From the NCBI GenBank assembly GCA_041664625.1, contig JBAYKK010000003.1, forward strand, positions 4,331 through 68,330: a stretch of DNA of 64,000 nucleotides, given 5' to 3'. The notes under the pieces were generated by a model. It searched no databases and was not told the DNA's origin. It saw only the letters and a program-made list of their open reading frames with translations. Source of the stretch: Minisyncoccota bacterium (GTDB lineage: Bacteria > Patescibacteriota > Minisyncoccia > Phycocordibacterales > WO2-35-19). The position numbers and the translations under genes were made by a program. The first letter of the stretch is position 1. Every line of letters starts with the position of its first letter. Of this stretch, positions 27,674 through 36,694 are shown in pieces.

Positions 27674-28108
27674 TTATACTCTTCTTGGTTTTTTGGGTTT
27701 TGGACCGTTATGTGGTACTGGTGTTGCGTCTTTTATAGAAGTTATGTTTACCCCTTTGGATATAAAACCTCTTATACCCGACTCTCTACCTGAACCTACT
27801 CCTTTGACCACGACTGACACTTCTTTGACTCCCAAGGTCTGGGCTTTGATAGCCAAGGTTTCGCCCACTTTGGCAGCTGCGAATGGAGTACCTTTTTTGG
27901 CGCCCTTGAAACCTAGTTTACCGCTTGATTCAACTGCCATGACGTTACCTTTTTTGTCGGTCAATATTAATTCGGTGTTGTTGTATGTTGAACGAACAAA
28001 AAGTATGCCAGCGTCTAATCTTTTTCTATTAGAAATATTCTCTGTGTTTGTTTTGACACCTTCTGCTTTTGTCTCATCTTCTGTTTTTACAATTCTTTTT
28101 TTACCCAT
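27674..28108 (-). CDS. rpsK: 30S ribosomal protein S11
   Basis: 144 aa, S11 signature, alpha-operon synteny. Confidence 0.9.
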   Translation of the reverse strand: MGKKRIVKTEDETKAEGVKTNTENISNRKRLDAGILFVRSTYNNTELILTDKKGNVMAVESSGKLGFKGAKKGTPFAAAKVGETLAIKAQTLGVKEVSVVVKGVGSGRESGIRGFISKGVNITSIKDATPVPHNGPKPKKPRRV

Positions 28109-28133
28109 TTTTGATATTTAAATATTTAAAATT

Positions 28134-28514
28134 TTATTTCTTTTCTACTGCTCTCCTGCCTGTACCCATAGTCTTCCTGGTGTTACCTCTGCGTGTTCGG
28201 GAATTGGTTTTGGTCCGCTGACCTCTGACCGGTAATGATCTGCTGTGTCTGACTCCTCGATAGCATTTGATATCTTTGAGCCTTTTTATGTTACCAGAAA
28301 CCTCTCTTTTCAAATCCCCCTCGATTTTTAATGCTTCTATGATTTTCTTTATTTCGTTTTCTTTTTCTGGGCTTAAGTTTTCTGCGGTAGTAGCCCAATC
28401 CACTTTGGCTTTATCTAAAATCTTTTGAGCGCGTGATCTACCAACACCAAAAAGGAAAGTCAGCCCGATTTCGAGTCTCTTTTTTTCTGGTATTGTAATG
28501 CCTAAAATTCTCAT
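28134..28514 (-). CDS. rpsM: 30S ribosomal protein S13
   Basis: 126 aa, basic C-terminal tail. Confidence 0.9.
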   Translation of the reverse strand: MRILGITIPEKKRLEIGLTFLFGVGRSRAQKILDKAKVDWATTAENLSPEKENEIKKIIEALKIEGDLKREVSGNIKRLKDIKCYRGVRHSRSLPVRGQRTKTNSRTRRGNTRKTMGTGRRAVEKK

Positions 28515-28537
28515 TTTATTATTTTTTATTTATATAT

Positions 28538-28654
28538 TTATCCTTGTCTTTGTTTGTGTTTTGGGTTTCCACTGCAAACCACAAATAAAACGCCTCCTCG
28601 TCGGACCATTTTACATTTTGGGCACATTGTTTTTATTGAAGCTTTTACTTTCAT
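28538..28654 (-). CDS. rpmJ: 50S ribosomal protein L36
   Basis: Not in ORF track (38 aa): [38 protein letters not shown], CxxC...C...H zinc ribbon, between infA and rpsM. Confidence 0.85.
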   Translation of the reverse strand: MKVKASIKTMCPKCKMVRRGGVLFVVCSGNPKHKQRQG

Positions 28655-28663
28655 TTTTTCTAT

Positions 28664-28894
28664 TTATATTGTTTTTCTACTATCCAGTCTTCGGATGATT
28701 CGGCCCTTGCCCCCATATGGATCAAGCACTACTTCCACAGAATCACCAATGATGACTTTGATTCTGTTTAATCGCATCTTGCCCGATAAATAGGCCAACA
28801 ACTCTTCATCTTTTAATTTGACACGAAAAAACGCATTCGGAAGCGCTTCCGTTATCAGACCAATTTTTGTTTCCAACCTCTCTTTATCTGTCAT
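28664..28894 (-). CDS. infA: translation initiation factor IF-1
   Basis: 76 aa S1-like fold, ...HISGKMR.N.I...GD.V pattern. Confidence 0.85.
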   Translation of the reverse strand: MTDKERLETKIGLITEALPNAFFRVKLKDEELLAYLSGKMRLNRIKVIIGDSVEVVLDPYGGKGRIIRRLDSRKTI

Positions 28895-28941
28895 TTGAAC
28901 AATAGGAAAAGGTTAGCATATAAGCCGTATAAGTGTCAAGT

Positions 28942-30363
28942 TTATTTATGGGTGACGGTTTGCACGTAGATTTTGGAAGGACTGGTTGGGAAAGATTGCT
29001 TCCAAATAGGTTTTATAATAGATGTTATACCCGAAATACCATTGTACTCTTTGATAAGTTGGGCAGCGTCTTTTTTGGGAGCGCCTAGTAATCTGGTTTT
29101 TATGGCATCTGTATCAATATCAGCTATGACTTCTGCTGGACCGATTATTTCAAGATTTAACCTTGTATTGTTATCAAAATTTTGAGGAGGGGTTTTTATT
29201 TTTAAAAGAGAGAAGTCGCTCACTATAGATCTGATATTTTGCCAATCAGGAGATTTGGAAATGTATTGTTCGGTTATTATTTTTGATAAATCTTGTTTAT
29301 TTAACATTATTGCGTAAGCTGTTATTTCTTTGCCTACCACTACTGATGAAGATTCGTCTTTGGTTGCTAACTCTTTGGAATTGAACACGATAGAACCTTC
29401 TATCACTGTAAGCCCTTCAGGTATTTTAGCAGTTAAACTTTTTTTGAGGTTGATTTGAGCTTCGGAATCTATATTGGTCAAAGCGGCTTGTTTCGCGGTT
29501 GGATCAGCGATTTTCTTTTTGCCTATAAAACCGCCAGTCATGTCGGTAGTGGATTTGGCATAAAACTTTTTGAAACGTGTAGCATCGCTTTTAAAACCTG
29601 GGATAGTGAAATCAGTCTTTTTGATATTATATTTTTCTCCGGCTTCATCGGCAAAGATCTCTACCTCGATGCTTCCTGGGGTCTCAACCCCCGCTTTGAT
29701 AGTTTTACCTGGAATGATGACGGATTCTGCTATTCTGAAAATAAAACCATCTGGATTTTCAAATCTAGTGCGAACTATAAGTCTTTGTGGTTCGGCAGAA
29801 AAATCATTGTAAATTATGATTTTGCCCGAAGCTTTTAATTCCACGGCTTGTTCGTCAGTAGTAGGTATTGATGCGGTTTTTGATTCTGATAATTTGAGGA
29901 TTTCGTATCTCACTGTGTTTTCTGCCAGCTCCCCTGCCACTCCCACTATCTGTGTATCTACTTCAACAGTTTGAGATTTGGGAGTTATACTTATGGTTGC
30001 TGAAGCAAAAACCGTCATCATCAAAACAACAAAAACCCCTACCAGAGCGACGGTCAGTGCTCCAAAAAATAAAGGTTTTTTGGATTTTTTAGGAAAATTG
30101 TCGATTTGTTTGGGTTCAGTTTTTTCCTTTGGGTAGTAATACTCGTATGGGCCTGTCTCTGTGCTATCAACTGGTTTAATCTGTTCTGGTTCTTTCTGAA
30201 AAACTGGCTCAATTTTGGTTATGTTTATTGATCCAGGTTTATTGACCGGAGTTGGGACTTTCCTTTTGCCACTATTTGGGATAGGAATATCGCGGATACT
30301 TCTTCTGTTGTCGGGTGGAGTGACATCGCTAAATTGTATTCTAGGCATACATATATTATACAC
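28942..30363 (-). CDS. membrane-anchored hypothetical protein (cytoplasmic N-term, single TM, large extracytoplasmic domain)
   Basis: 473 aa; TM at ~aa 95-120; no recognisable domain. Confidence 0.5.
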   Translation of the reverse strand: MYNICMPRIQFSDVTPPDNRRSIRDIPIPNSGKRKVPTPVNKPGSINITKIEPVFQKEPEQIKPVDSTETGPYEYYYPKEKTEPKQIDNFPKKSKKPLFFGALTVALVGVFVVLMMTVFASATISITPKSQTVEVDTQIVGVAGELAENTVRYEILKLSESKTASIPTTDEQAVELKASGKIIIYNDFSAEPQRLIVRTRFENPDGFIFRIAESVIIPGKTIKAGVETPGSIEVEIFADEAGEKYNIKKTDFTIPGFKSDATRFKKFYAKSTTDMTGGFIGKKKIADPTAKQAALTNIDSEAQINLKKSLTAKIPEGLTVIEGSIVFNSKELATKDESSSVVVGKEITAYAIMLNKQDLSKIITEQYISKSPDWQNIRSIVSDFSLLKIKTPPQNFDNNTRLNLEIIGPAEVIADIDTDAIKTRLLGAPKKDAAQLIKEYNGISGITSIIKPIWKQSFPTSPSKIYVQTVTHK

Positions 30364-30408
30364 CTACTCTTTGCATTTTGCGCAAGAAATATGTGGAAAA
30401 ATGGGTTA

Positions 30409-32253
30409 TTATTGGAGTACAGCTTTTATGCGGCGGACGCCGGCCGAGACCGCTTCTTCTTTTATTATTTTGAAAACTCTTTTTTTACTCTTATCCCTTG
30501 GGTTCTCCTCTGGACCTTCAATACTGGCTAAGTCGCCAGTATTTACGGCATGAGGTCCACCACAAAACTCTCGACTGAAAGGAGATCCTGAGGTATCCGA
30601 AGGGTTTGGACCAATTACATAAATACTTACTTCATCGCCATACTTATCACCAAAAGCATGTACTGCTCCAGTTTTTTCGGCATCAATTTTTTTCATCACT
30701 AGTTTGATCACTGGTAGTTTCTCGGCAATTTTTTGATTGACTAGGTCCTCTACTTTTTGTTTTTGTTCATCAGTGAGTTTGCTGTCGTGGTTGAAATCAA
30801 ACCTTAGTCGTTCAGCGGTGATGTTGCTACCCTTTTGCATGACTTTTTCTCCCAAGACAATTTCTAGGGCTTGACGCAAAAGATGAGTAGCGGTGTGGAG
30901 TTTTTTGGTTTCTTCACCAGCGTCTGATAGCCCACCTTTAAACATACCACTACCTGCGGTGCGAGAAAGTTCTTGGTGTTTTTTTAGTTCTTCATTAAAT
31001 TTGTTTTCGTCTATCTCGGTCCCATTTTCTTTGGCTAATTCTTTTGTTAATTCTAGAGGAAAACCGTAAGAAGTGAAAAGAGTGAACGGGTCGACACCTT
31101 TCTCAAATTCTTTCAGACCATTCTCCAAAGTTTTTTCAAATTTTTCTTCTTCTTGTTGCAAGTTATTAAAAATAAAATCTTGGTTCCTTTCTAATTCTGG
31201 ATAAACTGTTTTGTATATTTCTATCACCACTTTTGTTATTTCTTTGGTGAAATTTTTAATACCTAGTTGTTTGCCGTACCTAACCGCCCTACGGATAAGT
31301 CTACGCAAAACATAACCCTGACCGGTGTTGCTTGGAGCGATACCCTTTTCGTCTCCCAAAATAAAGACGCTCGCTTTCAAATGGTCAGCGATGATACGCA
31401 TAGCTTTCAAATTTTCTTCATATTTTTTGCCCGAAAGTTCTTCTACTTTTTTTATAATTGGCCAAAAGAGCTCGGTTTTGTAATTGTCGTCTAAACCGTT
31501 TATGACGGCGAGAGTGCGTTCAAGTCCCATACCAGTATCTACATTTTTTTGGGTGAGTGGTACAAATTTGCTCTCGGCTGTTTTGTTGTATTGCATGAAA
31601 ACATCGTTCCAGATTTCCAACCATTTTGAATTATCGTCATTGAAACTTTCTGGGGTTTCTTTGGGGTCGCCCGTCCAATAAAACATCTCGGTATCTGGTC
31701 CGCAAGGTCCGGTCTCACCGGCAGGTCCCCACCAATTATTTTTCTTTGGTAATTTAGCTATTCTTTTTTCTGAAATTCCAAGAGATTGCCATTTTGCAAA
31801 AGCTTCTTTGTCTTCGTTAGCATCTTCATCTCCTATAAATATAGAGACAGCTAGTCGGTCTTTGTCGAGGTCTAGCCACTCTTTGGAAGTTAAAAATTCA
31901 AAGCTATATTCAATGGCTTCTTTTTTGAAATACCCGCCTAGCGTCGACGAGTCTCCGTTAGTCGAGGCTGGACCTCCCAGAGACCAGTTGCCGAGCATTT
32001 CAAAAAAAGTATGATGGCAATAATCCCCCACTTCATCTATGTCTCCCGTGCGGATACATTTTTGAACATTGGTCAGTCTGGAACCTAATGGGTGTTTTTC
32101 ACCAAGTAAGTAAGGTACCAACGGGTGCATCCCCGCCGTAGTGAAAAGTACCGAAGGATCGTTTTCGGGTATGAGCGAAGCGCTCGGCATCACCTTATGC
32201 CCTTTGCTCTCAAAAAATGCCAAATATTTTTTTCTAATTTCGTTTGAGGTCAT
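30409..32253 (-). CDS. alaS: alanyl-tRNA synthetase, short form lacking C-Ala domain
   Basis: 614 aa; class II catalytic core plus editing-domain HxxxH/CxxxH (HTATHLL...CGGPH). Confidence 0.9.
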   Translation of the reverse strand: MTSNEIRKKYLAFFESKGHKVMPSASLIPENDPSVLFTTAGMHPLVPYLLGEKHPLGSRLTNVQKCIRTGDIDEVGDYCHHTFFEMLGNWSLGGPASTNGDSSTLGGYFKKEAIEYSFEFLTSKEWLDLDKDRLAVSIFIGDEDANEDKEAFAKWQSLGISEKRIAKLPKKNNWWGPAGETGPCGPDTEMFYWTGDPKETPESFNDDNSKWLEIWNDVFMQYNKTAESKFVPLTQKNVDTGMGLERTLAVINGLDDNYKTELFWPIIKKVEELSGKKYEENLKAMRIIADHLKASVFILGDEKGIAPSNTGQGYVLRRLIRRAVRYGKQLGIKNFTKEITKVVIEIYKTVYPELERNQDFIFNNLQQEEEKFEKTLENGLKEFEKGVDPFTLFTSYGFPLELTKELAKENGTEIDENKFNEELKKHQELSRTAGSGMFKGGLSDAGEETKKLHTATHLLRQALEIVLGEKVMQKGSNITAERLRFDFNHDSKLTDEQKQKVEDLVNQKIAEKLPVIKLVMKKIDAEKTGAVHAFGDKYGDEVSIYVIGPNPSDTSGSPFSREFCGGPHAVNTGDLASIEGPEENPRDKSKKRVFKIIKEEAVSAGVRRIKAVLQ

Positions 32254-32289
32254 ATATATAAATTAACATATTTAATCACTATTTTGGAC

Positions 32290-32317
32290 TTGACATAATC
32301 TGTAGATTTGCTATACT
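32290..32317 (+). promoter_or_regulatory. near-consensus sigma70 promoter TTGACA-16-TATACT
   Basis: Divergent from alaS; drives a short transcript ending at the 32370-32399 terminator. Confidence 0.45.
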
Positions 32318-32323
32318 TATGAC

Positions 32324-32399
32324 ATAAGTGCCTTCGGGCTCGCCTCCGCAAGGGGTCAAAAAGACAAAAACCATCAAAGATTTATTTTGATGGTTTTTG
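32324..32399 (+). ncRNA. candidate ~75-nt small RNA
   Basis: No ORF; internal GC hairpins; terminator accatcaaa-gatttat-tttgatggt plus T5. Confidence 0.3.
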
Positions 32400-32556
32400 T
32401 TATCTTGTTAAAAATATCTTTATCCAAAAAACCTAAATAAAGTTTACTTTCTCCATTTTCGTGGATTATTTTTTTATTTTTATTCCAACTATCAAAATCC
32501 TTTTGCATTTTGTTCAAAATCTAAAAATAGTGGTGCGTAACATCAACTCCATATTG

Positions 32557-33072
32557 TTATTTTATATATTTTTCTTTGTTAAGTATTTTAGCGAAGGCAA
32601 TTTGAATTGCTTGCGAAAGAATATCTTCTCTTTTAATCATTCCTCCAGAAAAATATTTTCCAGTATCTTTTTCGGAGTCACCAGATAATCTTTTGGTTAT
32701 TTCTCCACCTTCTGTGTCTCTTTCTTTTATTTCCTCTATTACCCAATCTGGTATAGAAATCCCTGAGCTAAAAGTTATGGATTCATCATTCGCTTTCGTT
32801 TTGATATAAATACAAGCAATATCAAAATAATTTCCCTCAATTTCAACTAATCCATTTTCTATACCGACTGTAAAATCTGAGCTCGTTTCGTCGAGAGCTT
32901 GTTGTGCTCTGTTTTTGGCCCCTATTATCATTTCTCCATAACCGAATGGCTGTTTTGATATACCAGAGTCAGCCTTTACAGGTAAAACATTGGCTTCTAT
33001 TTGGATATTATCAAGAGCATTTTTCAACGCCCGCACTTTTAATCCACTTGTTGTACCTACGGCAATTTTCAT
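32557..33072 (-). CDS. non-canonical purine NTP phosphatase (inosine/xanthosine triphosphatase, YjjX-like)
   Basis: SGISKQPFG and GAKNRA match the YjjX motifs SGVPEQPFG / RAGARNR. Confidence 0.6.
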   Translation of the reverse strand: MKIAVGTTSGLKVRALKNALDNIQIEANVLPVKADSGISKQPFGYGEMIIGAKNRAQQALDETSSDFTVGIENGLVEIEGNYFDIACIYIKTKANDESITFSSGISIPDWVIEEIKERDTEGGEITKRLSGDSEKDTGKYFSGGMIKREDILSQAIQIAFAKILNKEKYIK

Positions 33073-33509
33073 TTTGTTTGATTTTTAATATTTTCTAAAT
33101 CTCCATGAAGGCAAATTGGGTCCATTGCTATTATTTCATCAGAATAGCTCAAATCCATCGGTATGTCATTAAACAAAAAAATCTTTTTATCGTTTACAAA
33201 CGCTTGACCCATTTCTATTAAAACATTTCCACCAATATAATTTTTTATGTCTTTTTTCTCATTATTTATAACAAGAATAGCATCACTTTCCAGTATATTT
33301 TTATAATGGGCTCGGAAGTAGTCGTTCTTTCTTCTATGTTCTGAATCGTCCCCTGGATTAATAGTTTCAACAAAAGCTAATTTTTCTCCTCTGACATGAG
33401 CTTCATAATCTGGGTGTATGTGGCCTTCATATCCTAGTTTGCACAAAAGGTTTTTGGATTCAACCATATGATTTACAAAACTATTGCTTCCTAAGACATA
33501 TATTTTCAT
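33069..33509 (-). CDS. nucleoside 2-deoxyribosyltransferase-like protein
   Basis: MKIYVLGSNSF N-term (YLAGPFF-like), conserved Glu in ...LIEMGQAF; 4-nt overlap with the YjjX gene. Confidence 0.4.
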   Translation of the reverse strand: MKIYVLGSNSFVNHMVESKNLLCKLGYEGHIHPDYEAHVRGEKLAFVETINPGDDSEHRRKNDYFRAHYKNILESDAILVINNEKKDIKNYIGGNVLIEMGQAFVNDKKIFLFNDIPMDLSYSDEIIAMDPICLHGDLENIKNQTK

Positions 33510-33603
33510 TCATCCATTTTACAACAAAGAAGGTTGGTTTCCAATTTGATTTTAGGGGAATTTAAGGTTATATTTGTGGAACTATTACTTTAAATTTATA
33601 AAA

Positions 33604-34872
33604 ATGAATTACAAAAAAAAGGTCTTAAAAAATGGTTTGCGGGTTATAGCTGTGCCGATCAAAGGCTCACCTTCAGTCACAGTGATGAGTTTGGTAGAAG
33701 CTGGCTCAAAATATGAAAACAAACAAAACAATGGTATCTCCCATTTTTTGGAGCATATGTGTTTTAAGGGTACAAACAAAAGACTTAAGGCTATAGATAT
33801 TTCTAGAGAGTTTGATGCTATGGGTGCTCAAAACAACGCTTTCACTTCTGAGGAAGTGACGGGTTATTGGGGCAAAGCTTCCAATAAACACACTGATAAA
33901 CTTTTGGACATTATTGCTGATATGTATTTGAACCCAACTTTGCCGGCTGATGATTTGGAAATTGAAAAAGGCGTGATCATAGAAGAAATAAATATGTATG
34001 AAGATTTGCCTCAAAGATTGGTGCAAGAAGTTTTTAATGGGCTCTTATACGGTGATCAGCCAGCTGGTTGGTCTGTGGCCGGCACCAAAGAAAATGTGCG
34101 CGGTTTTAAACGTGAGGATTTTGTAAATTATAGAAAACAAAATTACGTAGCTTCGGCCACTACTATCGTCATAGCTGGAGACGTTGAAGCTTCTGATATT
34201 TTCAAAAAAGTAGCAAAAGCTTTTGCTGGTATACCGACTACCAAAAAATTGGCTAAGAAAAAAGTGATAGAAAAGCAAAGTGAACCGCAAGTTAAATTGA
34301 AATTTAAAGAAACCGATCAAACTCATTTGGTTATTGGGGTGAGAAGTTTTGATTTGTATGACAAAAGAGCACCAGCTTTGAGATTGCTTTCAGTGGTGCT
34401 TGGTAATGGCATGAGTTCTCGACTTTTCCAAAAAATGAGAGAGGAACTTGGTATTTGTTATTACGTGAGATGTTCGGCTGATAGTCTGACTGATCATGGA
34501 GTGTTTGCAATCTCAGCCGGAGTTGATTCAAATAGAGTAGAGCAAGGTATCAAAGGTATTTTGGAAGAGCTTATAAGAATCAGAGATGAAAAAATACCAG
34601 AAGCAGAGTTGCGCAAAGCCAAAGATTATTTGATTGGTAATATGTATTTGGGTTTGGAGTCCTCCGATGCGCAGGCCAACTTTTTTGGTTTTCAAGAAAT
34701 AATGAAAGAAAAAATAAAAACTCCTAAAGAAATAGAAAAAGAAATTGAAAAAATCACGGCTTCTGATATTGCCAAATTAGCCAAACAAATTATCGTAAAC
34801 AAAAATCTCAATATGGCGATCGTCGGCAAGTATCAAGACGATTCTCGTTTCAAAAATATCTTGAAGGTTTAA
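33604..34872 (+). CDS. M16 family zinc metallopeptidase
   Basis: HFLEHMCFKGT (HxxEH) plus downstream Glu; ~420 aa two-domain M16. Confidence 0.7.
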   Translation: MNYKKKVLKNGLRVIAVPIKGSPSVTVMSLVEAGSKYENKQNNGISHFLEHMCFKGTNKRLKAIDISREFDAMGAQNNAFTSEEVTGYWGKASNKHTDKLLDIIADMYLNPTLPADDLEIEKGVIIEEINMYEDLPQRLVQEVFNGLLYGDQPAGWSVAGTKENVRGFKREDFVNYRKQNYVASATTIVIAGDVEASDIFKKVAKAFAGIPTTKKLAKKKVIEKQSEPQVKLKFKETDQTHLVIGVRSFDLYDKRAPALRLLSVVLGNGMSSRLFQKMREELGICYYVRCSADSLTDHGVFAISAGVDSNRVEQGIKGILEELIRIRDEKIPEAELRKAKDYLIGNMYLGLESSDAQANFFGFQEIMKEKIKTPKEIEKEIEKITASDIAKLAKQIIVNKNLNMAIVGKYQDDSRFKNILKV

Positions 34873-35502
34873 TTACAAATCTTTCAAAATTTCAAAGTCG
34901 GCTTTGAGGATGTCTAAAGTGTGAGAGTTGTAGACGGCTACACAAGGGTGGTAGAGCGGTATCACTTTTATTTCACGATTTTTCCATCCCCACTTCGCTA
35001 AAGCTTCGTGGGGCATAGCAAAAACTCGGCCGTGCATTTTGCCTATCGGAAGTAGCTCTGACTCCAAACCGAGTTTTGGCATGATATAACTCATGGCGTA
35101 GCGACCGAGAGTGGCTATCACTTGCGGTTGGACTATTTCAATTTGCCTATCCAAAAATGGTCCGTAAATTTCTATTTCTTCGGGTAGTGGGTCTCGGTTT
35201 TTGGGTGGGCGATCTTTGACTATGTTGGTGATGTAAATCTCTTCTCTTTTTAAACCAGTAGAATTTAAAAGTTCGTCCAATATTTGCCCTGCCCGACCGC
35301 AAAAAGGTCGACCGGTCTTGGCTTCGTTTTTACCGGGAGCTTCACCTATAAACATTATTTTGGCGGAGTGGCTACCATCACCGATGACTGGTAGATTTTT
35401 ATTTTCAATCCTGAATTTATAAAGTGGCGAATTTTTCAAGGCCACCACTTCATCTTTTATTTGCCTCATCATTTCTTTTCGCTCATCTATATCTCGTGAC
35501 AT
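34873..35502 (-). CDS. uracil-DNA glycosylase, family 4
   Basis: MFIGEAPGKNEAKTGRPFCGRAGQILD = family-4 UDG GEAPG / FxGxAG motifs. Confidence 0.8.
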   Translation of the reverse strand: MSRDIDERKEMMRQIKDEVVALKNSPLYKFRIENKNLPVIGDGSHSAKIMFIGEAPGKNEAKTGRPFCGRAGQILDELLNSTGLKREEIYITNIVKDRPPKNRDPLPEEIEIYGPFLDRQIEIVQPQVIATLGRYAMSYIMPKLGLESELLPIGKMHGRVFAMPHEALAKWGWKNREIKVIPLYHPCVAVYNSHTLDILKADFEILKDL

Positions 35503-35586
35503 AAGGCAATAATATCACAGAGCTGACTGGTTACTTAATCTTGTTTTATATCAAATATTTATTATAATACGAAACTGGGAGTTGCT

Positions 35587-35880
35587 ATGAGAAATGAATT
35601 GTTAGTAGCCCTAGTTAGAGCGGATGCGTCTCTGTATCATGATGCCAAAAGAGGGCTCGCAGTGCCGAAGACCAAACCCTGCAGGCTCCTTGCGTATGAA
35701 ATCAGATTTTCCAACAAGAAAAATCATAGATTTACTGCGAGGAGTGACCAAGAAGCTCGGTTTTTCGCCAAGGATATCATGGGTATCAACAACAATTTAA
35801 CGGTGGAAAAATTCCACAAAAAAGGTGGTGTCGCTATCTTTTGTGGCGATAGACAGATTTTCCCACCGTTGAGGAAATAA
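35587..35880 (+). CDS. hypothetical protein
   Basis: 97 aa ORF, slightly GC-enriched, terminator follows; no domain recognised. Confidence 0.35.
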   Translation: MRNELLVALVRADASLYHDAKRGLAVPKTKPCRLLAYEIRFSNKKNHRFTARSDQEARFFAKDIMGINNNLTVEKFHKKGGVAIFCGDRQIFPPLRK

Positions 35881-35902
35881 AAACAGAAACAGAATAAGAA
35901 TT

Positions 35903-35930
35903 AAAACAGAAATTGTTTTGAGGCGGGGGC
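35903..35930. terminator. GC-rich hairpin terminator
   Basis: gcggggg-cctt-cccccgc followed by a T-run. Confidence 0.65.
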
Positions 35931-35943
35931 CTTCCCCCGCTTT

Positions 35944-36684
35944 TCATTTTATAGAATTATTGATGGAATTTATGTATTTACAATAATCGCAATTAGGAGA
36001 AGATTTGGGTAAGTCGTCCGAGTCCAAACACTTTTTCATATCGTGCAAAGTTTTTTCTACCCACTTGTCTGAGCCGGTATAAGGAATTATTTTTATATCA
36101 AATTCAAGTTTGCCGTCAAAAGCTTCCCTATCTCTCTTGCCATTACAATAAACAAAATAACCAGTATCAGAAACTTTTAAATCATTGTGACGCAGGAGCC
36201 ACTGGTACACTTCCATCTGTCTTTTGTAACCGTTTTGCCATTCTGCGTCCAGACTTACCTCTTCGTCTTTGCTGGTGGCTTTGTAGTCTACTACTACCAG
36301 TTCACCATCTGAAGTTTGCCAAATATCATCAACTGCTCCAAAAACAATGAAGTTGGTTGGTTCGTGAAAAGCTTCTACACCGGTGAAATTTTCTCGCCAT
36401 TTTTCCATTCGCGGATCGTCAAATGGCACAGCTTCTATGCCGTATGAGTCCATCAAAGGGTGTGGAGTTTTTTGTTTGCGATGGACATCAAATTCTTTTT
36501 TGAGCAAAAGGTCTACTGCACTGTTTAAGTTGAAGGGGAAACCTTGAGGTCGTGAGACCCCTACTCGCCTATCCAAATAAAAACAGCGTGGGCATTCTAC
36601 AAACAAATCTATTTTGGATCTGCTGACTTTGAAAGCCTCCTCTGCTTTTGGGTCGTATAATTTTTTGCGGTAAAAAGCCGTCAT
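35944..36684 (-). CDS. Cas4/RecB-like PD-(D/E)xK nuclease with Fe-S cluster cysteines (no CRISPR context)
   Basis: N-term CPRC, VVVDYKAT (D-x-K), C-term C...CDYC cysteine cluster. Confidence 0.65.
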   Translation of the reverse strand: MTAFYRKKLYDPKAEEAFKVSRSKIDLFVECPRCFYLDRRVGVSRPQGFPFNLNSAVDLLLKKEFDVHRKQKTPHPLMDSYGIEAVPFDDPRMEKWRENFTGVEAFHEPTNFIVFGAVDDIWQTSDGELVVVDYKATSKDEEVSLDAEWQNGYKRQMEVYQWLLRHNDLKVSDTGYFVYCNGKRDREAFDGKLEFDIKIIPYTGSDKWVEKTLHDMKKCLDSDDLPKSSPNCDYCKYINSINNSIK

Positions 36685-36694
36685 AGTTTATAAA

